Source: Lepidodermella squamata (Eukaryota; Animalia; Gastrotricha). From it: 64,000 nucleotides of DNA. A model generated the notes under the pieces. It was not told the DNA's origin, did no database searches, and was given only the letters and a program-made list of their open reading frames with translations. The stretch's first letter is position 1; each line of letters begins with the position of its first letter. A program made the position numbers and the translations under genes. Location of the stretch: NCBI GenBank assembly GCA_047495785.1, contig JBLDXI010000034.1, positions 310,001-374,000 on the forward strand, in the 5' to 3' direction. This document shows positions 24,084 through 36,543 of the stretch, one piece after another.

Positions 24084-25532
24084 ATGGGAAACGTATCCAA
24101 ATGGTTTCTTTTCAGTCTCTTTGGAATTTCCATGGTTAGCTTTTTTATCGCCGCCCAGTCGAACGATGGATCGGTAAGAAATGAAATTAAAATGAAAAAA
24201 AACTGGATAGGAACAGAGCCCTTTGATATATTCATTCCAACTTAGCTTTTCATCGAATCTGTGGCAAATGGTAACATTTCCATTGTAACACAACTGCTCG
24301 CTCATAACAAATCGCTGGCCAATGCTAGATTCTCACGTTTGCCTTATGTTGAAGGGCTTAACCCGAAGTTCAGGAATGAAGGCTCATTCCCGGTTCTGGA
24401 AGTCGCAGCAGCTTATAACCAAAGTTACGAATTGGTAAAGCTACTTCTCGACAACGGTGCTCAGGTGGATGCGGGCGATTACGGAGTTGAGAGTGACGGA
24501 AGAACAGCCTTACAGTGGGCGGTCCTCAACGATAGAACAGACCTTGTCGAACTTCTTCTCAGATACAACGCAAGCACGGCTAGGAGAGATAGAGGTGGCT
24601 GCGATGCTCTGTATCACGCTGCCGAGTCTGATAATCTTGACATGGTCAAATTTCTTGTCTCGAAAGGCGCCGCAATCAACTCAACCTACGACGGAAAGAA
24701 TTTGGTCCATGTCACAGCTCTATTGTGTAAACCAACAATTTTGCAGTACTTCCTATCGCTAGATCTACCAGCTGATGCTGAGACAGATCGCAAATCGCGG
24801 GCTATTTGCTTTTGCCCTCAGAATCCTAATGTAGCGAAACTGCTAGTGTCAAAAGGCGCTAACGTGAATGGTTTATGTGACGACGAGCCTCTGATAATCT
24901 CTGTGATGCATCAAGATTTAGCAGTCGATACGCTTCGAGTTCTGATCGACAATGGCGCGAATGTTAGCGCTGTTTCGTCGCAAAGTGGCGAGACTGTGTT
25001 GCAATTAGCTGCTTCTTATACTAAGGCTGAGATCGTCCGACTTTTGATTGAAAAGGGCGCGAAAATGACCGTGGACGCACGGGGCTATTCATTGTCGCTG
25101 AGAGCTGCCTTGGGTCAACTTCCAGCTGACAAAGCTAGATTTGTCGATATTTTGAACTACTTGTTGGATAAAGGCGACGTGATTGATGGAAAATTGACGC
25201 GTAATGAAACATTCCTGTCAATGGTACTCAAGAATACTAACAGCTACAGCATTATGCTGCCATTTGTCAAGCTAGCCGTTGAAAGGGGCAAGGCGAATGT
25301 CAATAAGACGGATGCGGATGGCCGTAATGCTTTGCACCTAGCGGTCTTGAATGACTCGGACGGATACACAGATGATAAAGTTGAAACTATCAAATATTTG
25401 GTGTCTAAAGGCGTGAATCGAAATGCGAAGGACAAGCGTGGAAAAACGGCTCTACAATATGTTAGGGAGAGTCGATATTACGCGCAACATCAGGCCCAAC
25501 GTCAAGTTATCATCAATCTGTTGAGTCGTTGA
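24084..25532 (+). CDS. Secreted ankyrin-repeat protein (exons 24084-24173, 24246-25532)
   Basis: Exon 1 encodes MGNVSKWFLFSLFGISMVSFFIAAQSNDGS. A phase-0 intron joins it to an intronless ORF of about 10 ANK repeats (GRTALQWAV, GCDALYHAA, GETVLQLAA, GRNALHLAV, GKTALQY). Confidence 0.85.
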
Positions 25533-26506
25533 AATGTTGACATCATTAATTATTACAAAACCAACGTTATTTTTAGCTAAAAAACCGCGTGATTTTTAAT
25601 CCTTCATGAGCCTTTTCGGGTCTCGTTCTATTTTGAAAAATGTGCCCGAATAACCTTATTTTCGGTATCGAATGATCATGAAGTGATTTTTTTGTGACTA
25701 GAAAATAGTAAAATGATGACTGAACTCTGAATCACAGCGTTATACGGCTTGAAAACGGTGGAATTCCAACCAAGCTCAACAGCATATTCTGGTATAGATC
25801 TTCCCTTAAATCCATAGTGTCACATGAGATCCGTATTACAGGAATCATATTAGAACGACCCTGGCTAGCTTTGGCCGGTTAAAACTTCCAGGAGTAATCG
25901 AATGTGTTTTTTTATGCTACTGACTTTTCCTTAGTTGCGATTGATTAGTTTAGACCTGATGCTATAGTCTCAATTCATGGTCCCGTGCGATGTCATCTTA
26001 CAGATCTTAGTTGATGGATATACAGAATACGGTCGTTAAAAGTTAAAATTCAGCTTTGTGTTTAGCGGCTCAGTCTTCCATTCGATCTAGATTCATTTAA
26101 TACTAGAATATAATTGCCTATCATTCAATGTATTATTCCACAAATGTTCATGAGTTTAGATTGAAATCGGACAATTGGCCTTATGAAAAATTTTCGAATT
26201 TTGCTAAAGTCGCCACAGTCGACTAGGCCTTTTTGATTTTCTTGTATTTTCAGAAGCAAAAAATACATTTAAAATATATCTATCTGCATTTTATTTTGTA
26301 ACTAGGTTAAATGACCTCGAGGTTAGATAGAGTATTTTTGAGTTCAAGCTGATGAATGATGTTCGTCTTTTAAACGCCTGGCACGTGAATTTGTGCATTA
26401 TTTTCGGTGCCTCATTGCTTACGTAACCGGCTGCACGCGATCAGAATAGCTACCGAAGTCGTAGCGTCTTATTTTTTTCAGTTGTCTTTTTTACCGGAGC
26501 AAAGAC

Positions 26507-28884
26507 ATGTATTCAATTTTAGCAATAATCTCAGTGTTCCTCGCCACCACTAATGTGGGGCTTTGTGGGCAATGGGTGCGCTGCTTCTCACAATTCGACG
26601 ACACATTCACCGATTGCCGAGAACTACCGAGCGGCTGTTCGAAATTGCGCGAATACCAAGTAATTTCGAATCATTTATCAAGGCATCTGTTTGACGAATG
26701 TCTTTTGACAGCTTGGAACTAGCCTGGTAGATCAGGCCACGTGCTTGAAGGCGGTGTGTTATTCCACTACATGACTTCGAGCTCTCGAATTGTTAACTAT
26801 TTTAGACCGCTCGATTGTGCTACAAATTCAACACGAATACAGCAACATGTCGACCTGGCTCTCCTGGTTGTAGTAAAACAGATGAAATTATGGTTTGTTA
26901 AATCAAGCTCAAGGAAAAAAAGTGGGTTTATACGCTGATTATTAAGTCATGGCTCATGGGATATCAAAATGCCCGTGCGAACAACCATGGCGTGTGTTTA
27001 TAACTATTTTAGCTAATTCGAAATTTGAAACTTTTGAGAATGGGACCTAATTTCTAGTATTTTGAATTTTCTCTTATTTTTCTGATATTTTAGATTGGCA
27101 ACGCTTACAACGTCTATTTCCCGCTGAGGACAAATATGGCCAACTGCTCGAAAGACTTCAACTCATTTCCGGTGAAAAATCTCGAATTTAGTTCTTTTAG
27201 CTAAATTACTTTTTTCATTGAAGAATCAAAAATTCAAGCCTTGCCGTGATTCTAATCAGCAATTTGTTACCTGTGTGCCCAGCCTGTTATCATGTCCAAA
27301 TAATTCGGTAATTGTCGAATAATACAATTTCATTTTAAAACAATTGTTATTTGTGTACTAGTCAAACTAGTCAAATAATATCAGTATGATATTTTGAACC
27401 ATTTTTGTTCTATCAGATTAAATCGACTCCAGAGTTTTCGAGCTTGGACGCCTGCCTCGGGAGTATCAACAGTGAGTTTAAAATTATTGATTTTGGCTGC
27501 GATAATAATTTGTTCCTAGATGCAACTGCTGACTCTGTGAAGCCACACATTCGCTGTTTCAATGCCTCGCAAATCGGCTTCAATGATTGCCGACTGGCCA
27601 GTGCTAACTGCTCGGCTGGGGAAACCGCGGAATTTTCAACTTGGTTTTTTCAACAGAAACAAAGCCAACTGCTTATCATGGGTTACAAATTGAATAGGAA
27701 CATTATGGATCATTTTCTCGTGGTTTGTGTCAATAGAATGCTGCCCAGTGCGATACGCCAAGCGGGAAGAAGTGCTACAACATTTGCCCTGGCAATTCAA
27801 CTGTTGTAAGGCTGAAGAGACTGGGAATTGACGCGTATTCACTTGTTTCTCAAATCACAGGTGAAAATTTACTCGAATTCGACTTCGTTCTCTGGAAACT
27901 TTGCCAGCTGCGTGTCTGACTTGGGACCTCCCACCAAGGATTACTTCATAGTTCCCAGTCAATCTACCTTTTCTCGCCTAGCAGCCAGTTGCATAGCTAA
28001 CGGCGGGCGCCTGGCGACATTCCACTCGCAAGCTGATTTCGATCGAGGCATGCAGGTTATTGCGAATTCGAGTGCTATCATCGGATTGGTGGCTAATTTT
28101 ACATGGGATGATGGCACTGCTCTTTCATTGCAATCGGCATACTGGGCCAATTCGCAACCAGGTGCTAACGGTGCTTGTAAGTAGCCATATTTTGATCATT
28201 ATCTAAGATGGAGAGAAGCAGTCTATTTTTATTGAATTATTTTAATTAATTTTAATTTTGATTTAACCAACTTGAATTAACAAGTTCAAGTAGTTTGGGC
28301 CAATGTGTTTTTTGTATTATTAGCAGGTATTGGCTACTTATGTTCTCCTTTTCCTATTAGGTGTGGCGGTGACTTCTACTGGTCTCGTAGACGCTGCCTG
28401 CGATGCAACAACTCGCTTCAGCTTATGCGGCAGCGTAAGGAAGACATATGCCATGGTATGCGCGTTGCAACTCATGTTTTCAGACAGCGACCGATATCCT
28501 GCTGACCACGACAAAATATCTCGGAAAGTTTTCAGCTGGATATTGTAAAAACCTTGGAAAGCAGCTGCTTATTATCAAGGACGAGGAAACATTCACAGCT
28601 GCTAAAGCTAAAGTTCCTACGGGTACTGCAGTTTTCGTTGGCGCTAGAGTTACCGAACAGGCGCCGTATGTATGGATAACAGGCGAGCCGTTAAACGAGC
28701 CGTTTATCAAATTTGCACCCCTCCCGGCCCCGGACAAGCACTGTGAGTAGACTTGACCAGAAAAAATGTAGTTGCTTTGAAAATATTTCGAATATTTCCA
28801 GGCGCGTTGCTTAAAAATGGTAAAGTTTCACCTAACGCCTGCCAAAACGCTCCTCAGGGCCTTTGCGAGAGAATCCCAGCCTGA
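26507..28884 (+). CDS. Cys-repeat + 2x CTLD protein, copy 2 (apparent +4 frameshift at ~27640: pseudogene or assembly error)
   Basis: Near-identical to copy 3. acttggttttttcaacaga versus actggtgtctacaga shifts the frame. Confidence 0.75.
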
Positions 28885-28959
28885 CCTGACGAATTTCCCA
28901 AGCCGTCATTACGGAACATTTTCCTTTCAAGATGAACTTTATGATGATAAAATGCCTTT

Positions 28960-29130
28960 TTTGGGCTGGATTAATTTATTGCCATAAAATAATGATGAAT
29001 ATGATAATGAATTACGATAAAATGAAAGTTTTCACGCTTGTGTTTGACTTGTTTATAATCTCGAAATCCTGCCAGCGAATTTGTCTAGTGTTCTTGTTTA
29101 TCATAGTTTGTCATCGTTTGTCATTGCACG
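28960..29130 (-). pseudogene. Relic of the 3' end of the 33728-34726 gene
   Basis: ggctggattaatttattgcc...atctcgaaatcctgccagcgaatt matches 33721-33870. Confidence 0.7.
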
Positions 29131-29452
29131 TGGGAAATTATGATTTCGAAAAAATTGCTATTTTAAGACGGGTCGAGTGGTAACTGGGATTTCTAACAAA
29201 ATCCTAGTTGCCACTGCTCAAAATCTTAAGGAACGGGATAGATGGGATTCCCTGGCGGGGTTGCCCTGGATGGGTGGAGACGGGGTTTGATTAAGCGGGT
29301 CCCAATGGTTTTACCAATCCATCGCGTTAAAAATATAAAATTGGGTGGCGGGAAGTGGCTAGCTAAATGCGGAACATCGGTGGGCCCCAGCGTTGTTGCC
29401 AGCAAGGGAAGTCCATAAAGTAAGTAGCAAGAACTCTGTCATTGATTTCAAA

Positions 29453-29527
29453 AGAGTAGATGGCTTAGTGGTGAGAGAGGCTGGGAAAAGAGCGTGAGAA
29501 CGATGGTTCAACTCCCACAGCTTTTTC
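29453..29527 (+). other. tRNA-derived / Pol III type-2 promoter-like element (pseudo-tRNA or SINE head)
   Basis: A-box TGGCTTAGTGG, B-box-like GGTTCAACTCC at tRNA-like spacing, then a T run. No convincing cloverleaf. Confidence 0.4.
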
Positions 29528-29765
29528 CTCGAATTTAAGCTATCCGAACAAGGACGAACAAATTGGCATGAATGCAGCCGAACACGTCAGTACAATTCGA
29601 TTTCTCCCCTTTGTTCGGCACACATTTTCAACCCCTGTGTTCGGCGTTGTTCTACAGTACAAACGCCGGTCTGGGGGGCTGGGCTCACAAAAGCTAAGAA
29701 AGATAAAACAGAAATGAAACGGAACCTGAGTGGTTCTAACTTCCCGGAGTTTTGGAATGTGATTA

Positions 29766-30346
29766 CCGTATATTCCGTATTAGCTTCAGGGGGCATTGTA
29801 ATTTCAATGCCTCGAAAAAGGGGGGTTGTAAACGGGACGTGTTACAATTGCGAGCTGCGACTTTATTGTTTCAAAGCAAGTTTTCAAGTGTTAAAATTGA
29901 GTAAAAATAAGAATAAATTGATAATTTTTAAACTACAGCTTGTAAAGTCAACAGCTTTTCATCAAAATCGAGAACGTCGTCGTTCGATTGCGAGTTTTCA
30001 GCCATTTTTAAGCAAATTATTGAAATTTTAAAATGTTAGTTTTCTTCAAATCATGAAGGCTAGGAAATCGACAGCTACTTTGGCAATTTCCGTTGCTGAA
30101 CTTCTCTCACTCGGCTATTTTTCGCCATTTTCTATAAAACAAGGACATCAAAAGCTTCAGAAATGGAATTTCAAAACGATAGGCGCTATTATTTTAGAAT
30201 GCGATTTTCAAAGTTTGAATTTGAATTTAGGTCCCGAGTAGCTATTGCGAGTATGAGGCTTTAATTTTTCAAAGGGCTTAAAAAGGGGGGTTGTAAACGG
30301 GACGGGCGGTAATAACGGGTATATGAAGCTATTACGGAATATACGG
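29766..30346. mobile_element. Tc2/pogo-like MITE, 581 bp
   Basis: TA-CCGTATATTCCGTATTAGCTTCA ... TGAAGCTATTACGGAATATACGG-TA: 23-bp TIR with one mismatch and TA target duplication. Internal direct repeat aaaaagggggttgtaaacgggacg. Confidence 0.85.
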
Positions 30347-31005
30347 TATTTTTACTGCTGCTGAATTTTCCGAATCTGTACCAAACATGGGGTTTATAGT
30401 TGCGATCGATACGTCTAGACATGTTGCTATAGTCGCAAGTCATGGTCCCGTGTGATGCCGTCTTACAGATCATAGTTGATTGATACTTAGATCATGGCCA
30501 TTCAAGCCCAGGCCTAGTCAACGAGGTCAAGGTCATTCGCCTTTCACTTTTCGGTTCCGCGGCTCAATCTTCAATCAATCAGATCCGGATAAAATTGATA
30601 CTGAACGATCGCCTATTATTATTATGTCTTATTCCTCAAAAGTTTATAAAACTAGATTGAGAAAGAAATTGGCATTTTCAAAATTTGGCGAATTTGGCGA
30701 AAATCGCGGTTGACCTGCCTTTTTAGACTTGTGTTTAAAATCGTTGAATGTATTGTCTCTCTGAATTTTTTATAAGGTTAAATTTTCGAGGTCATTCTTG
30801 AATTTCGTTCGTCTTTCAAACGCCTGGCACGTGAATTTGTCAAATACTTTTAGTTCTCCTTTGCTTACGTAATCGGCTGCACGCGCTCGGAATCGCTCCG
30901 AGGTCATAGCGTCCCGCTCGCGACCTTACAACTTTTTTCATTCCAGTCCTTTTTACTACTTTTTCAACTTTGTCTTTTTTATTTATCGGATTTAGAGTAA
31001 AAACC

Positions 31006-33655
31006 ATGCGTTCAATTTTAGCAATAATCTCAGTGTACCTGGCCACCACTAATGTAGCGCTCTGTGGTCAATGGGTGCGTTGCTTCTCACAATTCGACGA
31101 CACATTCACCGATTGCCGAGAACTACCGAGCGGCTGTTCGAAATTGCGCGAATACCAAGTAATTTCCAGTAATTTATCCTAGCTAGTAATCTGTTTCAAA
31201 AAATGTGTTGACAGCTTGGAACTAGCCTGGTAGATCAGGCAACGTGCTTGAAGGCGGTGAGTTATTGAGCAACATGATTTGAAGCTATAATTTATCAAAT
31301 TTTTGTGAAATATTTTAGACCGCTCGATTGTGCTACAAATTCACCACGCATTCAGCGACATGTCGACCTGGCTCCCCTGGTTGCAGCAAAACAAATGAAA
31401 TTATGGTTTGTTTTATCGAGCCCAAGTGATAACATCGGGTTCATTGCCTGATTGTTAGTTCCTGGAACTGTATTACTAACAAACCCGGTTTTTTAGAATT
31501 TTTTAGTTAATATGTTTTGGAAAAATTTGGGAATGGGACCTAATTTCTAGTATTTTTAATTTTCTCTTTTTTTTCTGGAACGTTAGATTGGCAACGCTTA
31601 CAATGTCTATTTCCCGTTCCGGGCGAATCTGGCGAACTGCTCCAAAGACTTCAACTCATTTCCAGTGAACACTCTCGAAATCCATTTTTAGCCGCAACAT
31701 TAATTTTTTTATTTTATTGAAGAATCAAAAATTCAAGCCTTGTCGTGATTCTAACCAGCAATTTGTTACCTGTGTACCAAGCCAGTTATCGTGTCCGAAT
31801 AATTCGGTAAATTGTGAAATACTATCAGTATGATATTTTGAACCATTTTTGTTCTATCAGGTGAAATCGATTCCGGAATTCTCCAAGTTGGACGACTGCC
31901 TCGGGAGTATCAGCAGTGAGTTTAAAATTATTGATTTTGGCTGCGATAATAATTTGTTCCTAGATGCAACCGCTGACTCTGTGAAGCCACACATTCGCTG
32001 TTTCAATGCCTCGCAAATCGGCTTCAATGATTGCCGACTGGCCAGTGCTAACTGCTCGGCTGGGGAAACGGCGGAATTTTCAACTGGTGTCTACAGAAAC
32101 AAAGCCAACTGCTTATCTGGGGTTGATTTTGAATACAAATATTATTATGGAATATTATTACCTGATTTGTGCCATTAGAATGCTGTCCAGTGCGATACGT
32201 CAAGCGGAAAGAAGTGCTACAACATTTGCCCCGGCAATTCAACTGTTGTAAGGCTTAAGATCCTTGGAATTGACGTTTGAGAATATTCACTTGTTTCTCA
32301 AATCACAGGTGAAAATCTACTCGAATTCGACTTCGTTCTCTGGAAACTTTGCCAGCTGCGTGTCTGACTTGGTACCTCCACCGCCGAAATATTTCGTAGT
32401 TGGAAGTCAATCTACTTTTGCCCGCGTATCAGGCCGCTGTATAAATAACGGCGGGCACCTGGCGACATTCCACTCGCAAGCTGATTTAGATCAAGGTGTT
32501 CAGGTTACTGGAAATACGAACTCTATCGTCGGATTGGTGGCTAATTTCAAATGGGACGATGGCACTGCTCTTTCATTGCAATCCTCCTACTGGGGTGGCT
32601 CGCGACCAGCTTCAGACGGCCCATGTAAGTGCTATCATTTTAATATTTTGCTCCTATCATCATACTCTTGTTTAAGTGGTTTGAAAAACAACGAGTGGTC
32701 TGAGAGGGATTTGCATAAAGGGGATAATGGATTAGTATTCTTCAGATAATTTCCCGTTAGTTTACCGTTCAGGAATGTTTCTAGGAACTATAATGACCTC
32801 TACTTTTTTTGTAATTTTTGCTAATAAAGTCCAAAATTGAAGAAACTTCAAGGCCGCGTCCACTTTTAACCTAAATTACAATCGACGCTTGGCGTTTGAA
32901 CGGAACTAATATGGGCCCGTCAGAGATAAGATACCTATAGATAAGGGTGATAAGATACCTATAGATAAGGGTGACACCCTTTCCAATTTGAATTTTCCGA
33001 ATTCGGAAATCTAAAATCTCCCTTAAACTAAAAGTTGCCCTGATTTTGTCAACATCAGATTGAAAGTGTATGCAACAACTAACTGAATTCATCAGATTAT
33101 ATCACGCATCTCTCCTCTCTGCTTTCTCTAGGTGTGGCGATAACTAGAGGAGGCCTCAGCGACTCATCGTGCGATACTTTGCCTCGCTTTGCCCTATGCG
33201 GCACTGTAAGAAAGACCTACACCATGCTGTCATTGTGTGACAACTCATGTTTTTAGACATCCTCTGATCTCCAGTTGACCACAACGCAAGTTCTCGGAAC
33301 GCAAGCGGCCGATTCATGCAGTGCCCTAGCAAAACCGCTGCTTATAATCAAAGATGAGGCAACATTCACAGCCGCAAAAGCTGCAGTTCAAACGGTTGGT
33401 ATCGGAGCTTTCGTTGGCGCTAGACGTGACCCGGTAGAATCGTATGTATGGATTACCGGCGAGCCGTTCAACGCACCGTTTCTCCAATTCGTATCTCCCC
33501 CTGTCATGAACAAGCACTGTAAGTAGCGTGAACTAAGCCTCAATTAGTTTCTTCGCTAATACTTCCTCAATTTTGCAGGTGCAGTGCTCAGCAATGGTAA
33601 AATTTTACCTAACAACTGCCAGAATGCTCCTCAGGCCCTTTGCGAGAATAACTAA
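31006..33655 (+). CDS. Cys-repeat + 2x CTLD protein, copy 3
   Basis: MRSILAIISVYLATTNVALCGQWVRCFSQFDD...; same exon structure as copies 1 and 2. Ends ALCENN*. Confidence 0.85.
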
Positions 33656-33727
33656 GCAACTGCCAAGCTGTGATCACCGAGCATTTTCGTTTCATGTTAT
33701 AACATTTATGCCTTTTATTAGGCTGGA

Positions 33728-34726
33728 TTAATTTATTGCCAGTCTGTAATATGATAATTTTCCTAGTAATAAATCTAGTCTAACTGCAAAGAGTGCTAAA
33801 ACTGCGATCAAATGAAGGTTTCTCACACGCGTGTTTGACTTGCTAATCTCGAAATCCTGCCAGCGAATTCGTCTCGTGTTTTTCTTCGTTGTAGTCCCAT
33901 TGCCTTTCGCAGCAAGCTGTGTCGTAGTCGCTGCGCCAGTCAGAATGACCATGTAATCACTTGGCATCAAGCCAACTGAATAATTTCCCGAAATTTCATA
34001 CGGCAGGTCGTTAATCGTGCAGAATTGCTGGGAATCTTTCGAATACATCATTATCAACCGAAGCAGGACATTGACTAGAAGTTGGCTCGAAGATACCGCA
34101 TGTAACGGGCAGGTTTTCCCAACAATTTTACTGAATAGGGCCTGGTACTGCTTAGCAGCCTGGCACGTAAAAGCCCGATCACCACTCGCCAGTAGTCGAT
34201 CACATTTTTCCAACTCAGCCTTGAAGAGAGATGAGCTTTCGTTGAATAAGCCCTGCCTAATGCATGGCAGATTCTTCTTGAAATCCTTCGAAATCAACGG
34301 ATCGCACAAATCTTGAAAGACGTCGAATTTTCCGCGTAGGTCCGAGTAATTCGCCGGGACGTAGCCGTCGGTTTTGTTGAAATAGCTCATCACAGACTTC
34401 ATCTGTTTATCATCAGCACAACGCCACCATTTTTGGACACCCTGCCTCGCCAAACACTCGCCAACCTCGTTTAGAGGTTCACAAATCCACGACAAATCGT
34501 CAAACCAGTCGTTTCTAGCCGCATCCGGCCAGGCCATGAAATTGCTGACATTGCCTAGCGTTTCCGTTAGTTGCGGGAAAGCGGAGAAGTCTACCGTGCC
34601 GTAGTGTCTCAGACACAAATTTCCAATAGGCCCAATGAAGCAGTTGTTGGTGGTCGGGTCAGTAACTTCCTGACTCGCGGCGTTAAGCTGGATGATGGAT
34701 GCGAAGAGAATGTAGCGAAAAGCCAT
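33728..34726 (-). CDS. Intronless secreted Cys-rich helical protein (DUF19-like spacing), possible GPI anchor
   Basis: Likely start MAFRYILFASIIQLNAAS within the 349-aa ORF, spaced Cys in a helical context, Thr-rich linker and hydrophobic C-terminus. Confidence 0.7.
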   Translation of the reverse strand: MAFRYILFASIIQLNAASQEVTDPTTNNCFIGPIGNLCLRHYGTVDFSAFPQLTETLGNVSNFMAWPDAARNDWFDDLSWICEPLNEVGECLARQGVQKWWRCADDKQMKSVMSYFNKTDGYVPANYSDLRGKFDVFQDLCDPLISKDFKKNLPCIRQGLFNESSSLFKAELEKCDRLLASGDRAFTCQAAKQYQALFSKIVGKTCPLHAVSSSQLLVNVLLRLIMMYSKDSQQFCTINDLPYEISGNYSVGLMPSDYMVILTGAATTTQLAAKGNGTTTKKNTRRIRWQDFEISKSNTRVRNLHLIAVLALFAVRLDLLLGKLSYYRLAIN

Positions 34727-36543
34727 TTTACACTTCTGGATCCTGAGAAATGCGTAACAATGCTCTGTGGATGGCAATGGTTCACGTTCACAATCTCACG
34801 CTACGAGTCAGTCACACATTGTTAAACGTGCGACACGGCAGCTAATAATAACAATCAATACCTACACGTGTGCGGCATTGTAATAACTTGGCTTTATCAC
34901 ACTACGCTATGTATCATGCGTAAAAAGTGGAGAAAAGTTATACACAGGATACTGTGCTAATACGTGTATCAAGCTCGCAGCCTCCTTATTGCCCATTTTC
35001 ATTTGTCAACTCACAGGTTTTGCGTGTATTTGTCAAGTGATAAAGGGTGTCTAAGGATTAACTATGTGAACCTATAGGCTCTTTTTTGGAAGTTGGTCCC
35101 ATCTCCCAACTGTTGGTTTCATATGATCCCCATTATCATGTTTGTGATGCACATTTATCACAACCCTGCACGAAATCGTTAATTTTTGCTGCAATTAAGA
35201 CACCTAGAGCAAATTGATGGGTAACAAAAATCCTCTTTTTGTAATCCGGTGTTGCTAGGAGTAAGCAGTGGATGAAAACGAAAAAATATGATAGCTGAAT
35301 GTGGCTTTTTAAATTGATGTAAGTGTGATATGTAAACCACAAGCCACAAACCAACGAGAACCTATATGGAGCAGATCAGGGCGAACTTCCATTGTTAAAA
35401 TCGGTTTACATTCCAGGAGCCAAATATTCTAGTAGGAATTCAGCCTAGCAGTGTTTCATGCTCACATCAGAGTACATTGCGTTATACCTACTCTGGAGGG
35501 CCATTTTCTTGAATTTTTAGAAGCCAGAGATTGGAGAGACGCGAAATCTCAACGCAAGAGAACTTGCTAGCTTTCAGTTGCTACTTTTTCTTTTCACTGT
35601 GATGGCTGTAGAGGGGCGTGCGAAAAGACCAGTCTAATTCTTAGGGCTCATTTCCGCTTCGGTATTTCAGTCAGAGTCAGATACCAATCCGCCGAGATAC
35701 ACTTCTGCTACGATCATTTCCGCAATTGCCATTTCCGCTAAAATGAGGAACTCACTTCCGCTCTTTTAGCAGAAATGCAAAAGCGGAAAGTAGAGCACGC
35801 GATTCGTTGACCCACGGTCGCTGGGTATGGAGAAATTGAGAATGACTAGTTTCAATTATAAATTGCCAAATACTTTTCAGCTCTTGAAGGTCTGAAGGAA
35901 AATTATGCAAGTTGAATAGGTAATGGTTATGGGTAAGAAGGGAATACTCTATGGCTAGCCATGGAGAACTAAAATTTCCCCCCAATCAGGAACCCAGAGT
36001 GAGTTTGGCGCAGCCATTCGACGTTTGTGTCAATATACCGTTTCCGGATTTGGAGAGGCTTTTTAATTTAAAACAATTTTTCAATTTTTCAATAGAGAAT
36101 ACATTTGGGAGCAATAATTCGAAAACCCCATATTTTTATCAAGTACGGTTGCGGAGAAATTCCAGTGTTAAGTTGGTCACGTGACCTTACCTAATGCGTC
36201 ACACCAGTCACACCTGAGCGATTATCTCGAGAACGGTGATAGTTGAGAAGCCGCCCTCCAAGAAAAAGTTCATCAGCGTGATGAGATCTACCAAGAAATA
36301 TGCGTTATGTACGAGCAAGCAGATTTTAATGGCGTCTTGGCGACAATCCCAAAAAACAGGTCCTAGCTCATCACCAAGCTGACGAGACACTGAATTTGTA
36401 TCCGCATTCACTGAATCTACATCTACACAATTTCGCGGAGATATTTGGAGATGTTGTAGTCACCCTGCAGAATTTTTTAAATTTAAGGTGGTCAAAAAAG
36501 CTAATACCATAATATGATGATTTATTACGAATTTCATGTTTTA

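Noticed and set aside
32923-32972. Short tandem duplications (also 43056-43090, 52380-52440, 53006-53088)
   Set aside because: Ordinary intronic or intergenic slippage repeats.
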